In this document: positions 29,949 through 38,741 of the stretch, piece by piece
How the letters are laid out: each line of letters starts with the position of its first letter
How positions within the stretch are numbered: the first letter of the stretch is position 1
Source of the DNA: an uncultured delta proteobacterium
GTDB taxonomy: Bacteria; Desulfobacterota; Desulfomonilia; UBA1062
DNA: 64,000 nt
Reading direction: 5' to 3'
Assembly (NCBI GenBank): GCA_963798485.1
Contig: CAWCTR010000030.1
Location: forward strand, 1-64,000
Position numbers and translations under genes: made by a program
Notes under the pieces: model-generated
Seen by the model: the letters and a program-made list of their open reading frames with translations, nothing else
What the model was told of the DNA's origin: nothing
The model's database searches: none

Positions 29949-30339
29949 ACCAAAGGAATATGTGGCACAGATCAATGTAACCCCATTGGTGGATGTCATG
30001 CTCGTACTGCTTATCATCTTCATGGTATCGGCGCCTATGATGAAGGAGGGCATGAAGGTCGACCTGCCCGAGGCCCAGGCCCGGGCACTGGGCGAGAGCC
30101 AGGATCTTGTGATCACTATAGGAAACAATAAGATCATTGACATCAACGGATCGCCTGTGGAACTCGGCAGGCTCGAAATGGTCCTGAGCCAGATCAAGGA
30201 GCAGAGGAGCGTCGAGGCCGTTTACCTGCAGGCCGACAAGGGTATTCCGTATGGATTCGTAGTCCAGGTGATGTCTATCATACGCTCAAGCGGCCTGACA
30301 AAGATCGGCCTGGTAACCCAACCGCCGGTAAACAAATAA
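29935..30339 (+). CDS. tolR: TolR (ExbD/TolR family)
   Basis: INVTPLVDVMLVLLIIFMV, ADKGIPYG. Confidence 0.93.
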   Translation: MQTNRPKEYVAQINVTPLVDVMLVLLIIFMVSAPMMKEGMKVDLPEAQARALGESQDLVITIGNNKIIDINGSPVELGRLEMVLSQIKEQRSVEAVYLQADKGIPYGFVVQVMSIIRSSGLTKIGLVTQPPVNK

Positions 30340-30348
30340 GGACCTTAG

Positions 30349-31059
30349 GTGCGGTCTTTAAGTAAATATATTATCATATCTCTCATCTGCCATGCCGGGC
30401 TGATCCTGGCCCTGGTGGATGTCCGATTTTCCGGCAAGTTGCCGGATACCTCAGAGGTTTATGAGGTCTCTATCGTTGCAGGAATGCCTGCCGCGACAGC
30501 CGGTGCATCCCAAGGTGTTTCCATTCCCCAGGGCAAGAGGTTTATTGCCCCGAAAAAGGCTGAGAAGGTCTCCCTTGGAGAGGTCAAAAAGGAGAAGGCC
30601 GCCACAGAGTCCTCACCAACAATTTTACCTTCGGACATCAAGCCTGAGACACCTGTGGAAAGTCAGGACATGCCGTATACAGGGAACCTTATTAAGCCCC
30701 AGGGACAGCCCGGTGCAGGCTCAGTACAGGCACATGGACCTGTTGGAGGGACATCATCCGAGATCGCCCTATGGAAGACAAAGGTCAGGGGCATGGTTGA
30801 GGGCCTCTGGAAGACCCCGCCGGAGATCGAGAATATGGATGCAACGCTTAAGACCACGTATCTTCTGCGGATAAGCAGGACAGGCGAGCTGCTCCAGAAG
30901 AAACTCCTGGTGTCCTCGGGCAACGTGCCGTTCGACCGGTCAATACTCATCGCCCTTGGAAGGGCGAGCCGCTTCGCGGCGCCTCCGCTGATCCTCATTG
31001 CAGGCGAGGACTGGGTCGAGGTTACCATGTCATTCACCCCACCAAAAGGAGCACACTGA
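30349..31059 (+). CDS. tolA: TolA/TonB-like energy transducer
   Basis: TM helix with SxxxH motif (SLICH), flexible linker, C-terminal SSGNVPFD domain. Confidence 0.82.
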   Translation: MRSLSKYIIISLICHAGLILALVDVRFSGKLPDTSEVYEVSIVAGMPAATAGASQGVSIPQGKRFIAPKKAEKVSLGEVKKEKAATESSPTILPSDIKPETPVESQDMPYTGNLIKPQGQPGAGSVQAHGPVGGTSSEIALWKTKVRGMVEGLWKTPPEIENMDATLKTTYLLRISRTGELLQKKLLVSSGNVPFDRSILIALGRASRFAAPPLILIAGEDWVEVTMSFTPPKGAH

Positions 31060-32333
31060 TGCGTAGATTCCTTTCTCTCATTTTGGCAAGTATGGTCTTG
31101 TGTAATCTGAATGCGTATGCGCAGCAGGTCCATATCGACATAGAGGCAAGCGGATTTCGAAAGATGAAGGTGGCCATGCCGACTTATGCAGGGCCCGGGG
31201 ACATGGCCGGTTCGGTTTGGGCCATGTGCGCCAAAGACCTTCGGCTTTCAGGGATCTTTGATGTCATTTCGCCCCAGAGTTATGTCAATCCCGGCCCTCT
31301 TGGGGAGGTCCGGCAGGGTTTCCTGAAGGACTTCGCGCTTATCGGTGCGGACTATGTAATCGCCGCTACGGTTTCAAAGCAAGGCACCTCGGGCCTGTTC
31401 AAGGTGCAGATGATGGAGGTCAGCACTGGGTTGGTCATTGAGAACACCATCTTTACCAGTGGTGAACAGACCATGTACATGGCTGTCCATGCGTTCATGG
31501 ACCATATACTCCAGTCCAAATTCGCCCTTGACCCGATCTTCTCCTCCAAGATCGCCTGCATCAAAAAAGAAAAAGGGATCAAGCAGCTCCATGTGATGTT
31601 TTGTGACGGGAACGGGGGAAAGACCATTACAGGCGGGGGCAGCCTCGTGTTAAGCCCGGCATGGTCCCGGGATGGAAAGAAGATTGCATTTGTATCATAC
31701 TGGAGAAACAATCCGGATATCTATCTGCTTGATCTTGCCAGCTACAATGTGAGGTCGATATCGGCCAGGAAAGGCATCAACACCTCACCCTCCTTTGATG
31801 CCACAGGGGCTAGGATAGGCCTCACGCTGTCCAGTGATGGAAATCCTGAGATCTACTTAATAAACCTGGATGGCACAGGGAAGATACGACTCACGAACAG
31901 TTATGCAACCGATACATCCCCGTCATTCTCGATCGATGGGAAGAGCATGGTCTTCTGCTCATCCCGTGCGGGCACACCCCAAATTTTCATTATGGAACTT
32001 GCCACCAAGAATGTGCGGAGGCTCACCTATGAAGGAAAATACAACTCAGAGCCCGTCTTTTCTCCCCGAGGGGGTCTTGTGGTGTTTTCATCCCTTGCCG
32101 CGAATGGAAAATATTATATTGCAACAATCAAAACCGATAGCACAAATTTCCGGGTGCTCCCCGGAACGGGCCTTGGCGATGAATCACCGACCTTTTCCCC
32201 TGATGGAAGGCTTATTGCGTTTGCCGGGGCTGACGGTAATATATACATCACCGACCTCCTTGGAACCATAACCGTGCCTATCACTGCGGGAGGAGGGTTT
32301 TCCGAGCCTTCATGGTCGCCGCCCATGAAATGA
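31059..32333 (+). CDS. tolB: TolB beta-propeller protein
   Basis: Signal peptide, repeated PD40 motifs (SPAWSRDG, PTFSPDG). Confidence 0.93.
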   Translation: MRRFLSLILASMVLCNLNAYAQQVHIDIEASGFRKMKVAMPTYAGPGDMAGSVWAMCAKDLRLSGIFDVISPQSYVNPGPLGEVRQGFLKDFALIGADYVIAATVSKQGTSGLFKVQMMEVSTGLVIENTIFTSGEQTMYMAVHAFMDHILQSKFALDPIFSSKIACIKKEKGIKQLHVMFCDGNGGKTITGGGSLVLSPAWSRDGKKIAFVSYWRNNPDIYLLDLASYNVRSISARKGINTSPSFDATGARIGLTLSSDGNPEIYLINLDGTGKIRLTNSYATDTSPSFSIDGKSMVFCSSRAGTPQIFIMELATKNVRRLTYEGKYNSEPVFSPRGGLVVFSSLAANGKYYIATIKTDSTNFRVLPGTGLGDESPTFSPDGRLIAFAGADGNIYITDLLGTITVPITAGGGFSEPSWSPPMK

Positions 32334-32406
32334 AAGATATTTGGCTTGACCTGGTCTCATGATTGACTACAGTAAAAATTACTCCACAGTGGAGGGGAGA
32401 AAGATT

Positions 32407-32982
32407 ATGAAGATGACAATCCGTTTTATGTATACCCTGATAATGCTCTGTACGGTTTTATTCATCTTGGGGTGTCCGAAACAGGCCTTGGAGCCTGTTA
32501 CACCAGAGGTCCAGAAACCCCGGCCCCAAACCCAGACCGAAACGACAAAAGGGCAGCCTGATATCATGAAGATGGAATCGCCGGAGGCTGGCCTTGGGGC
32601 CGGAACGACCAAAGGAAAGGCCGCCCTTGAGCAGGCCCGTGTTGCCTTTGAGAACACGGATATCTTTTTTGAGTATGACAGCTTCGATCTCACGATAGAT
32701 GCCAAGAAGATCCTTGCAGAAAAGGCCGGATTCCTGAATTCGCACTCAACCATCAAAGTCCGTATCGAAGGCAACTGTGATGAGCGCGGCACAGAGGAAT
32801 ATAATCTTGCCCTGGGTGAAAGGCGCGCCAAGGCGGCCCAGGATTATCTTGTATTCCTGGGTATAGCTTCCGAGAGGCTTTCTACGGTAAGCTACGGGGA
32901 AGAGAAGCCCGTCGATGGCGGGCATAACGAGGCGGCCTGGGCTAAGAACAGAAGAGATCATTTTGCCGTTCTTGGGGAGTAG
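32407..32982 (+). CDS. pal: Peptidoglycan-associated lipoprotein
   Basis: Lipobox ILGC, IEGNCDERGTEEYNLALGERRA, SYGEEKP. Confidence 0.96.
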   Translation: MKMTIRFMYTLIMLCTVLFILGCPKQALEPVTPEVQKPRPQTQTETTKGQPDIMKMESPEAGLGAGTTKGKAALEQARVAFENTDIFFEYDSFDLTIDAKKILAEKAGFLNSHSTIKVRIEGNCDERGTEEYNLALGERRAKAAQDYLVFLGIASERLSTVSYGEEKPVDGGHNEAAWAKNRRDHFAVLGE

Positions 32983-32987
32983 AAAAC

Positions 32988-33749
32988 ATGAGACAGTCTA
33001 TCCTATTTATGTTCATAGCATTGCTGGTCATGTCGGGGTGCGCCACGAGGCAGGATCTCGAACTGCTTAAGGGGCAGGTGGATATGCTTCAGTCACGAAT
33101 GTCCCAGGAGGAGAAGAAGTCGGCGGAAAAGGACAAGCTCCTGGAGAAGACCATGAAGCAGCAGGGTGAGCTGCAGAACAGGTATTCAGAGCTGCAGAAC
33201 CAGCAGTTTACCATGCAGGGATCCGTAGACCAGGTCCTGGCCTCTGCGGGTCTCACCCCAAGCGGGGGGGGGGAGACCAGGATCTCCAAGATCGAGAAGG
33301 ATGTCCAGGCACTCAAGGACCAGCTTCAGAACAAGGAACAGCTCCCGAACAAAGGAGCTGTTACCGCCCAGAAGTCGCTCTATGACAGCGGGTTTGAAAA
33401 ATTCAAGGCAGGTCTTTATAACGATGCGGTTCAGGACTTCAAGGGCTTTCTCGCCCAGAATCCTGACTCAGGCCCGGCCGGAAGTGCCTACTTCTACATG
33501 GGCGAGTCCCTCTATTCCCTGGCCAAGTATGATGATGCAATATTAAGCTATGATACGGTGGTGAAGAAGTTCAAAGACAGTGACAAGGTCCCCGAGGCCC
33601 TCTACAAACAGGGACTGTCATTCCTGAAAATGGGTGATAAGGATACCGGGACCCTTATCTTGCAGCAGCTTATTAAGGACCACCCCAAGACCGATGCTGC
33701 CAAGAAGGCAAAGAAGACATTGAAGGCCCCAGCATCCAAAAAGGGTTAA
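32988..33749 (+). CDS. cpoB: Tol-Pal system protein CpoB/YbgF
   Basis: Lipobox MSGC, coiled coil, three TPRs, directly after pal. Confidence 0.9.
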   Translation: MRQSILFMFIALLVMSGCATRQDLELLKGQVDMLQSRMSQEEKKSAEKDKLLEKTMKQQGELQNRYSELQNQQFTMQGSVDQVLASAGLTPSGGGETRISKIEKDVQALKDQLQNKEQLPNKGAVTAQKSLYDSGFEKFKAGLYNDAVQDFKGFLAQNPDSGPAGSAYFYMGESLYSLAKYDDAILSYDTVVKKFKDSDKVPEALYKQGLSFLKMGDKDTGTLILQQLIKDHPKTDAAKKAKKTLKAPASKKG

Positions 33750-33767
33750 TGCGTTTCCTTAAGGGGG

Positions 33768-33794
33768 AACACCCTCGCGAGGGTGCGGTTTTTG
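33768..33794 (+). terminator. Possible terminator after tol-pal
   Basis: CACCCTC-GC-GAGGGTG hairpin followed by GGTTTTT. Confidence 0.5.
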
Positions 33795-33842
33795 TGATCA
33801 TGTTTTGCATGCATAACAGCGTGAATGAAGAAAGGGGTTTTA

Positions 33843-36395
33843 ATGAAGATCAGATCATTTAGAGTAATTCCAACACTTCCCGAGATGCTTAATCCCATCC
33901 TGTCGCTGGCGTACAATATCTGGTACTGCTGGAACCACAAGGGCCTGAGGCTCTTCCAGCACATGGACAGGGATCTGTGGGAGGAGACGGGGCACAATCC
34001 TGTGGACATGCTCTCCCGCATCTCACAGGGCCGCATCATGGACCTCATGGAAGATGAGGGATTCCTCTCTCAGATGAGAAAGACCTATGAGGAATTCGAG
34101 GACTATATTGCTGAAAAGGGCGTTTACTCCTTCCTGCTGGCCCAGCCCATCGACTTCACCATAGCATATTTTTCCATGGAATTCGGTCTCACCGAGAGCC
34201 TGCCTATCTACTCGGGCGGTTTAGGGGTGCTGGCCGGCGACCACCTGAAGAGCGCCAGCGACCTGCGGCTGCCGTTGTGCGGGGTGGGGCTCATGTACAA
34301 GCACGGCTACTTCACCCAATACCTGAGCTGGGACGGCTGGCAGCAGGAGGAGTCGCCGGACAATGACTTCTACCATATGGCCCTTATGCTGGAGGCCAAA
34401 GATAGCGGAAAGCCCATCAAGATCTCGGTAAGGCTTGGAGACAGGGAATGCTGGGCCCAGATATGGAAATGCCAGGTGGGAAGGGTGCCTCTGTATTTGC
34501 TGGACACCAATCTGGAAGAGAACCACCCGGATGAGCGGGGCATAACGGGCGGGCTCTATGCGGGCAACCAGGAGGACAGGCTCAGACAGGAAATTCTCCT
34601 GGGCATCGGCGGCATGCGTGCGCTGGATGCCTTGGGGATTGACCCCATGGTCTACCATATGAACGAGGGGCATAGCTTCTTGGTCGGATTGGAGCACATC
34701 CGCAACCTCATGAAGAGAAAAAATATGGATTTCAACACCGCCCGCGAGGTGGTGAGGGCCTCGCTTGTGTTCACGACGCACACCCCGGTCCCCGCAGGAA
34801 ACGACGTCTTTGATATCGGGCTCATGGAAAAATATATCAAGCCCTTTGTGGATGAGGCGGGCATCAAGTGGTCGGATTTCGTCACCCTTGGCAGGAAGAA
34901 CCCCTATGACGACAAAGAGGGCTTCGGCGCAACGGTATTCGCCTTGAAGAACTCAACCTTCCGCAATGGGGTAAGCAAGCTCCATGGAGAGGTTTCCAGG
35001 GATATGTGGAGGGATATCTGGCCGCATGTCAAGATAGTGGATGTACCCATCTCCTCCATCACCAACGGCATCCATATCCCTTCATGGATATCCGACGAGA
35101 TGGCCGAGCTCTTCGACCGGTACCTCGGCCCCAAGTGGAAGGAAGACCCGGATAACCAGAAGGTTTGGGAACGGATCGACGAGATACCCGACGCCGAGCT
35201 GTGGTCTACCCACCAGCGGCGCAGGGAGAGGCTTGTCGCCTTTGCACGTAAAAAACTCATGAAGCAGCTCTCCACCCGCGGCGCCAAACCGAAGGATATC
35301 CAAAGGGCCATGGAGACATTGCATCCGGATGCGCTCACCATCGGATATGCCAGGCGTTTCGCCACCTATAAGCGCGGGCTCCTCATCTTCAGGGATATTG
35401 ACCGCCTCAAGGCGATCCTGGCAAACCGCGAGGTCCCGGTGCAGCTTATCGTTGCAGGCAAGGCACACCCCAGGGACCACGAGGGAAAGACCATCATCCA
35501 GAAGATTATTCATATCGCCAGGGAGGAGCCTTTCAGGGACAAGATCGTGTTCCTGGAGGACTACAACATGAACATCACGCGCTACCTCGTTGAGGGTGTG
35601 GACGTGTGGCTCAACAATCCCAGACGTCCTTTTGAGGCATGCGGCACATCAGGCATGAAGGCCACGGCGAACGGTGCGCTCAACATGAGCGTTCAGGATG
35701 GCTGGTGGGTGGAGGGGTATCACCCTGATCTAGGCTGGTCTATTGGATACGGCGAGGTGTATGACAACTACGACTACCAGGACCAGGTGGAAAGCAAGGC
35801 CATCTACGACCTGATGGAACGTGAGATCATCCCGTTGTTCTATGAACGTGGACTCGACGGGCTGCCCAGGGGCTGGATAGCCATGATGAAGAAGTCAATG
35901 CGTACCCTGTGCCCGGTGTTCAACTCCAACCGCATGGTGGAGGAATACACGGACAGGTGCTACATGGCCGCAGCCTTGAACGTGAAGACATTGATGTCGG
36001 AGAACTTCAAGACCGTGCGCCAGGTGGTCAAGTGGAAGGATTCGCTTACCTCCAGGTGGGGTGATATTGCGGTTCAGGATATCAGCCATGAAGGGGGCGA
36101 TGAGGTGGCGGTGCACAGCGATATCACGATCCGGGCCGAGGTAAAGCTTGGAACCATAAGCCCATCGGATGTCAGCGTGCGGGTCTATTACGGGAACATC
36201 GATGATGCAGGCAACCTCTATGAGGCAAAGGACGTGATGATGGACCACATCAAGGAGCTCGGCAAGGGTCTCCATGTCTTTGAGGCCCGCATCACCTGCG
36301 ATAACACCGGACGATTCGGATATTCCGTGAGGATACTGCCGTCCCACACGAGCCTTACCTACCCGGTGGATATGGGGTTGATCTGCTGGGCGTGA
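33843..36395 (+). CDS. glgP: Alpha-glucan (glycogen) phosphorylase
   Basis: YSGGLGVLAGD, HMNEGH, RRFATYKR, PLP motif EACGTSGMK. Confidence 0.96.
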   Translation: MKIRSFRVIPTLPEMLNPILSLAYNIWYCWNHKGLRLFQHMDRDLWEETGHNPVDMLSRISQGRIMDLMEDEGFLSQMRKTYEEFEDYIAEKGVYSFLLAQPIDFTIAYFSMEFGLTESLPIYSGGLGVLAGDHLKSASDLRLPLCGVGLMYKHGYFTQYLSWDGWQQEESPDNDFYHMALMLEAKDSGKPIKISVRLGDRECWAQIWKCQVGRVPLYLLDTNLEENHPDERGITGGLYAGNQEDRLRQEILLGIGGMRALDALGIDPMVYHMNEGHSFLVGLEHIRNLMKRKNMDFNTAREVVRASLVFTTHTPVPAGNDVFDIGLMEKYIKPFVDEAGIKWSDFVTLGRKNPYDDKEGFGATVFALKNSTFRNGVSKLHGEVSRDMWRDIWPHVKIVDVPISSITNGIHIPSWISDEMAELFDRYLGPKWKEDPDNQKVWERIDEIPDAELWSTHQRRRERLVAFARKKLMKQLSTRGAKPKDIQRAMETLHPDALTIGYARRFATYKRGLLIFRDIDRLKAILANREVPVQLIVAGKAHPRDHEGKTIIQKIIHIAREEPFRDKIVFLEDYNMNITRYLVEGVDVWLNNPRRPFEACGTSGMKATANGALNMSVQDGWWVEGYHPDLGWSIGYGEVYDNYDYQDQVESKAIYDLMEREIIPLFYERGLDGLPRGWIAMMKKSMRTLCPVFNSNRMVEEYTDRCYMAAALNVKTLMSENFKTVRQVVKWKDSLTSRWGDIAVQDISHEGGDEVAVHSDITIRAEVKLGTISPSDVSVRVYYGNIDDAGNLYEAKDVMMDHIKELGKGLHVFEARITCDNTGRFGYSVRILPSHTSLTYPVDMGLICWA

Positions 36396-36422
36396 TTGTT
36401 GAGATGGTATGATGGAGGTACC

Positions 36423-37853
36423 GTGAAACTGCCTCATCACAAGACCAAGATCGTATGCACCATCGGTCCTGCCTCAAAGGCCCCTGAGGTCATGGAGCAG
36501 ATGATCAGGGCAGGCATGGACATTGCCCGCCTCAACTTTTCCCATGGCGATTTCGACTCACATTCCCAGGTGATTAAAGACCTGAGGTCGGCGGCCAGGT
36601 CCGTGGGGAAGCGGCTGGCCATCATGGCAGACCTGCCGGGGCCCAAGATGCGTATTGGCGAGTTGGCCCACGAACCGTTCGATTTGAAGCCGGGAGATAC
36701 CTTTACCCTTACGAGCGCTGAGATGACGGGTGATGAGAAAAAGGTATCGGTAAGCTTCAAGAAGCTCCCCCAAACGGTCAAGGCCGGGGATATGCTCTAT
36801 CTGAATGACGGGATCATCCAGCTCGAAGTTATCGAGGTCGTGAACAGCGACGTGATTTGCTCAGTGCTCGTGGGGGGTGAGCTGCGCTCCCGCAAGGGGC
36901 TCAATCTGCCGGGCATTGATCTGGGCATCAGCGCATTCACCGACAGGGACCATGCGTGTCTGAAATTTGCAGCCGATCATGGCCTGGACGCGGTTTGTCA
37001 ATCCTTCGTGGTCTCAGGTGAAGATATCCTCTCAGTGAAAAAGGCTGCCACGGATCTTGGTTATTATCCATTTATCATTGCCAAGATCGAGAGGTCTGCA
37101 GCCCTGACCCATATCGAAGACATCCTGGCGGTCACGGACGGCGTCATGATTGCAAGGGGAGACCTGGGTGTGGAGATCCCTATCGAGCGGATAGCCATGG
37201 TCCAGAAGGAGCTCATGGCAAAGGCCATCATCCATGGAAAGCCGGTGATCACCGCAACCCAGATGCTCGAATCCATGACGGAAAACCGTAGGCCCACACG
37301 GGCCGAGGTGACGGACGTTTCAAATGCCATCCTGGACGGAACGGACTGCGTCATGCTCTCCGGTGAATCCGCAATGGGCAGGTATCCCGTGGAGGCTGCG
37401 GCAATGCTTGCCAGGATCGCTGAAGCCACAGAGCCGTACGGCCCGGGATATCGCCTGAGGGAAAGGCTCAAGGAGATTACGGAAACTCAGACGGGCAGGG
37501 TAAGCGACATGGTCGTGTTCAGTATTGAGGCGACCTTTAAGCAAATATCACCGGCAGCGGTGTTTGTGCCCACCCAGAGCGGGGCTACGGCAAGGAGTAT
37601 TGCCCGGTTCAGGCTCCCGGTGTGGATCGTCGCCCTGAGCCGCTCAGATATCACATGCCAGCAACTCCAGTTCTCGTCGGGCGTCCTTCCCACCCATGAA
37701 CCCGACCCGCCACATGACTGGAAAGAATATGTGAGGTCTTGGCTCCATGAGCATGAGGTGAAAGGCGACCTCGCCATCCTCGCCCAGGGGCCTTCCCGGA
37801 GCAACCCATCTGCGAACCATTGTATGGAGATCATTGACCTCAGGTCGGAATAG
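36423..37853 (+). CDS. pyk: Pyruvate kinase
   Basis: TKIVCTIGPAS, ARLNFSHG, IIAKIE, MIARGDLGVE, ATQMLESM, MLSGESA. SD GGAGG before GTG. Confidence 0.97.
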   Translation: MKLPHHKTKIVCTIGPASKAPEVMEQMIRAGMDIARLNFSHGDFDSHSQVIKDLRSAARSVGKRLAIMADLPGPKMRIGELAHEPFDLKPGDTFTLTSAEMTGDEKKVSVSFKKLPQTVKAGDMLYLNDGIIQLEVIEVVNSDVICSVLVGGELRSRKGLNLPGIDLGISAFTDRDHACLKFAADHGLDAVCQSFVVSGEDILSVKKAATDLGYYPFIIAKIERSAALTHIEDILAVTDGVMIARGDLGVEIPIERIAMVQKELMAKAIIHGKPVITATQMLESMTENRRPTRAEVTDVSNAILDGTDCVMLSGESAMGRYPVEAAAMLARIAEATEPYGPGYRLRERLKEITETQTGRVSDMVVFSIEATFKQISPAAVFVPTQSGATARSIARFRLPVWIVALSRSDITCQQLQFSSGVLPTHEPDPPHDWKEYVRSWLHEHEVKGDLAILAQGPSRSNPSANHCMEIIDLRSE

Positions 37854-37904
37854 GCAGACCGTGCTTGAACCCAATATCTTGGCATCAGCAGGTGGTCCAA
37901 GGGG

Positions 37905-37934
37905 TGGACAAGACACCCGTGAACAAGGTAGAAT
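37905..37934 (+). promoter_or_regulatory. Sigma70-type promoter for tRNA-Leu
   Basis: TGGACA-N18-TAGAAT, 10 nt upstream of the tRNA. Confidence 0.6.
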
Positions 37935-37944
37935 ACCTAAGCAT

Positions 37945-38026
<82 letters not shown>

Positions 38027-38036
38027 CTACTTTGTT

Positions 38037-38223
38037 GTTACTTTCTTTTGGTGCAAAAAGAAAGTAACCAAAGAAAAGGCACCCCGTGAACCCGCCCTAA
38101 AGGGTTCGTTCGCTCGTTCGAAAAATCCGGGCCGCGGCTGAACTCGCTCCGTTTCACTCCGCTCAGACAGACGCCGCTGTTCCCCCGGATTTTCCTTCTC
38201 TCCCTCACCGGGTTCAGAGGGGG
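38037..38223. repeat. Nested-hairpin non-coding element (REP/MITE-like)
   Basis: 13-bp perfect stem 38037-38049/38056-38068, then TGAACCCG 38087-38094/38209-38216 and AAAATCCGGG 38122-38131/38184-38193. Confidence 0.65.
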
Positions 38224-38280
38224 ATATAAAAAAGCAAAAACAAAAACAATGCCTATTCCTCCCTTAAAAAGACGAGAGAA

Positions 38281-38426
38281 ATAGGGGACGGGTTCATAGT
38301 TCATTCATCGAATATGGAGAGGTAGTTGCCCTCGTTGGTGCTGTAGATACATCTTGATATCGACGTGTGGAAAATTGGGACACATTATTACCCTGTAAGG
38401 ATGAAAAATAGAAACGTCCCCCGTTT
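38281..38426. repeat. Left REP-like cluster (GGGGAC family)
   Basis: Inverted pair GGGGACG 38284-38290 / CGTCCCC 38415-38421. CACATTATTACCCTGTAAGG at 38381-38400 recurs at 41853-41872. Confidence 0.55.
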
Positions 38427-38500
38427 CGCTTCACGAATATTGATATCCTTTTATTGGGAAGTGCTTCATTTCCTTTTCAGTGATGAATCTGAATTATCAT

Positions 38501-38684
38501 AACTGGGGTATCCACTTCGTTGGCGTACCTACTATATATAGTGCTCGCTATTTTTTGCTCACATCTGTGAAGTTACTGCGCATGCTTACGTTTTCAATCG
38601 AGGTTGAGACTAGTGCCGATGAAAGCCACCATTGAGACTGGTACTACATATGGCACCTAGGCCAGTCAAGTGGATACCCCAGTT
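38501..38684. mobile_element. 184-bp MITE with 17-bp perfect terminal inverted repeats and 6-bp target-site duplication
   Basis: AACTGGGGTATCCACTT 38501-38517 and its reverse complement at 38668-38684, with TATCAT directly on both sides. Confidence 0.85.
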
Positions 38685-38741
38685 TATCATATTTAAATTT
38701 GCAATGAGGTACTAGTTCATTCTCACCTTACAATTAATTTG

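Noticed and set aside
38038-38304. 88-aa minus-strand ORF
   Set aside because: It is a translation of the hairpin repeat element.
38430-38721. Small minus-strand gene interrupted by the MITE
   Set aside because: The reconstructed empty site still has an early stop and no continuous frame.
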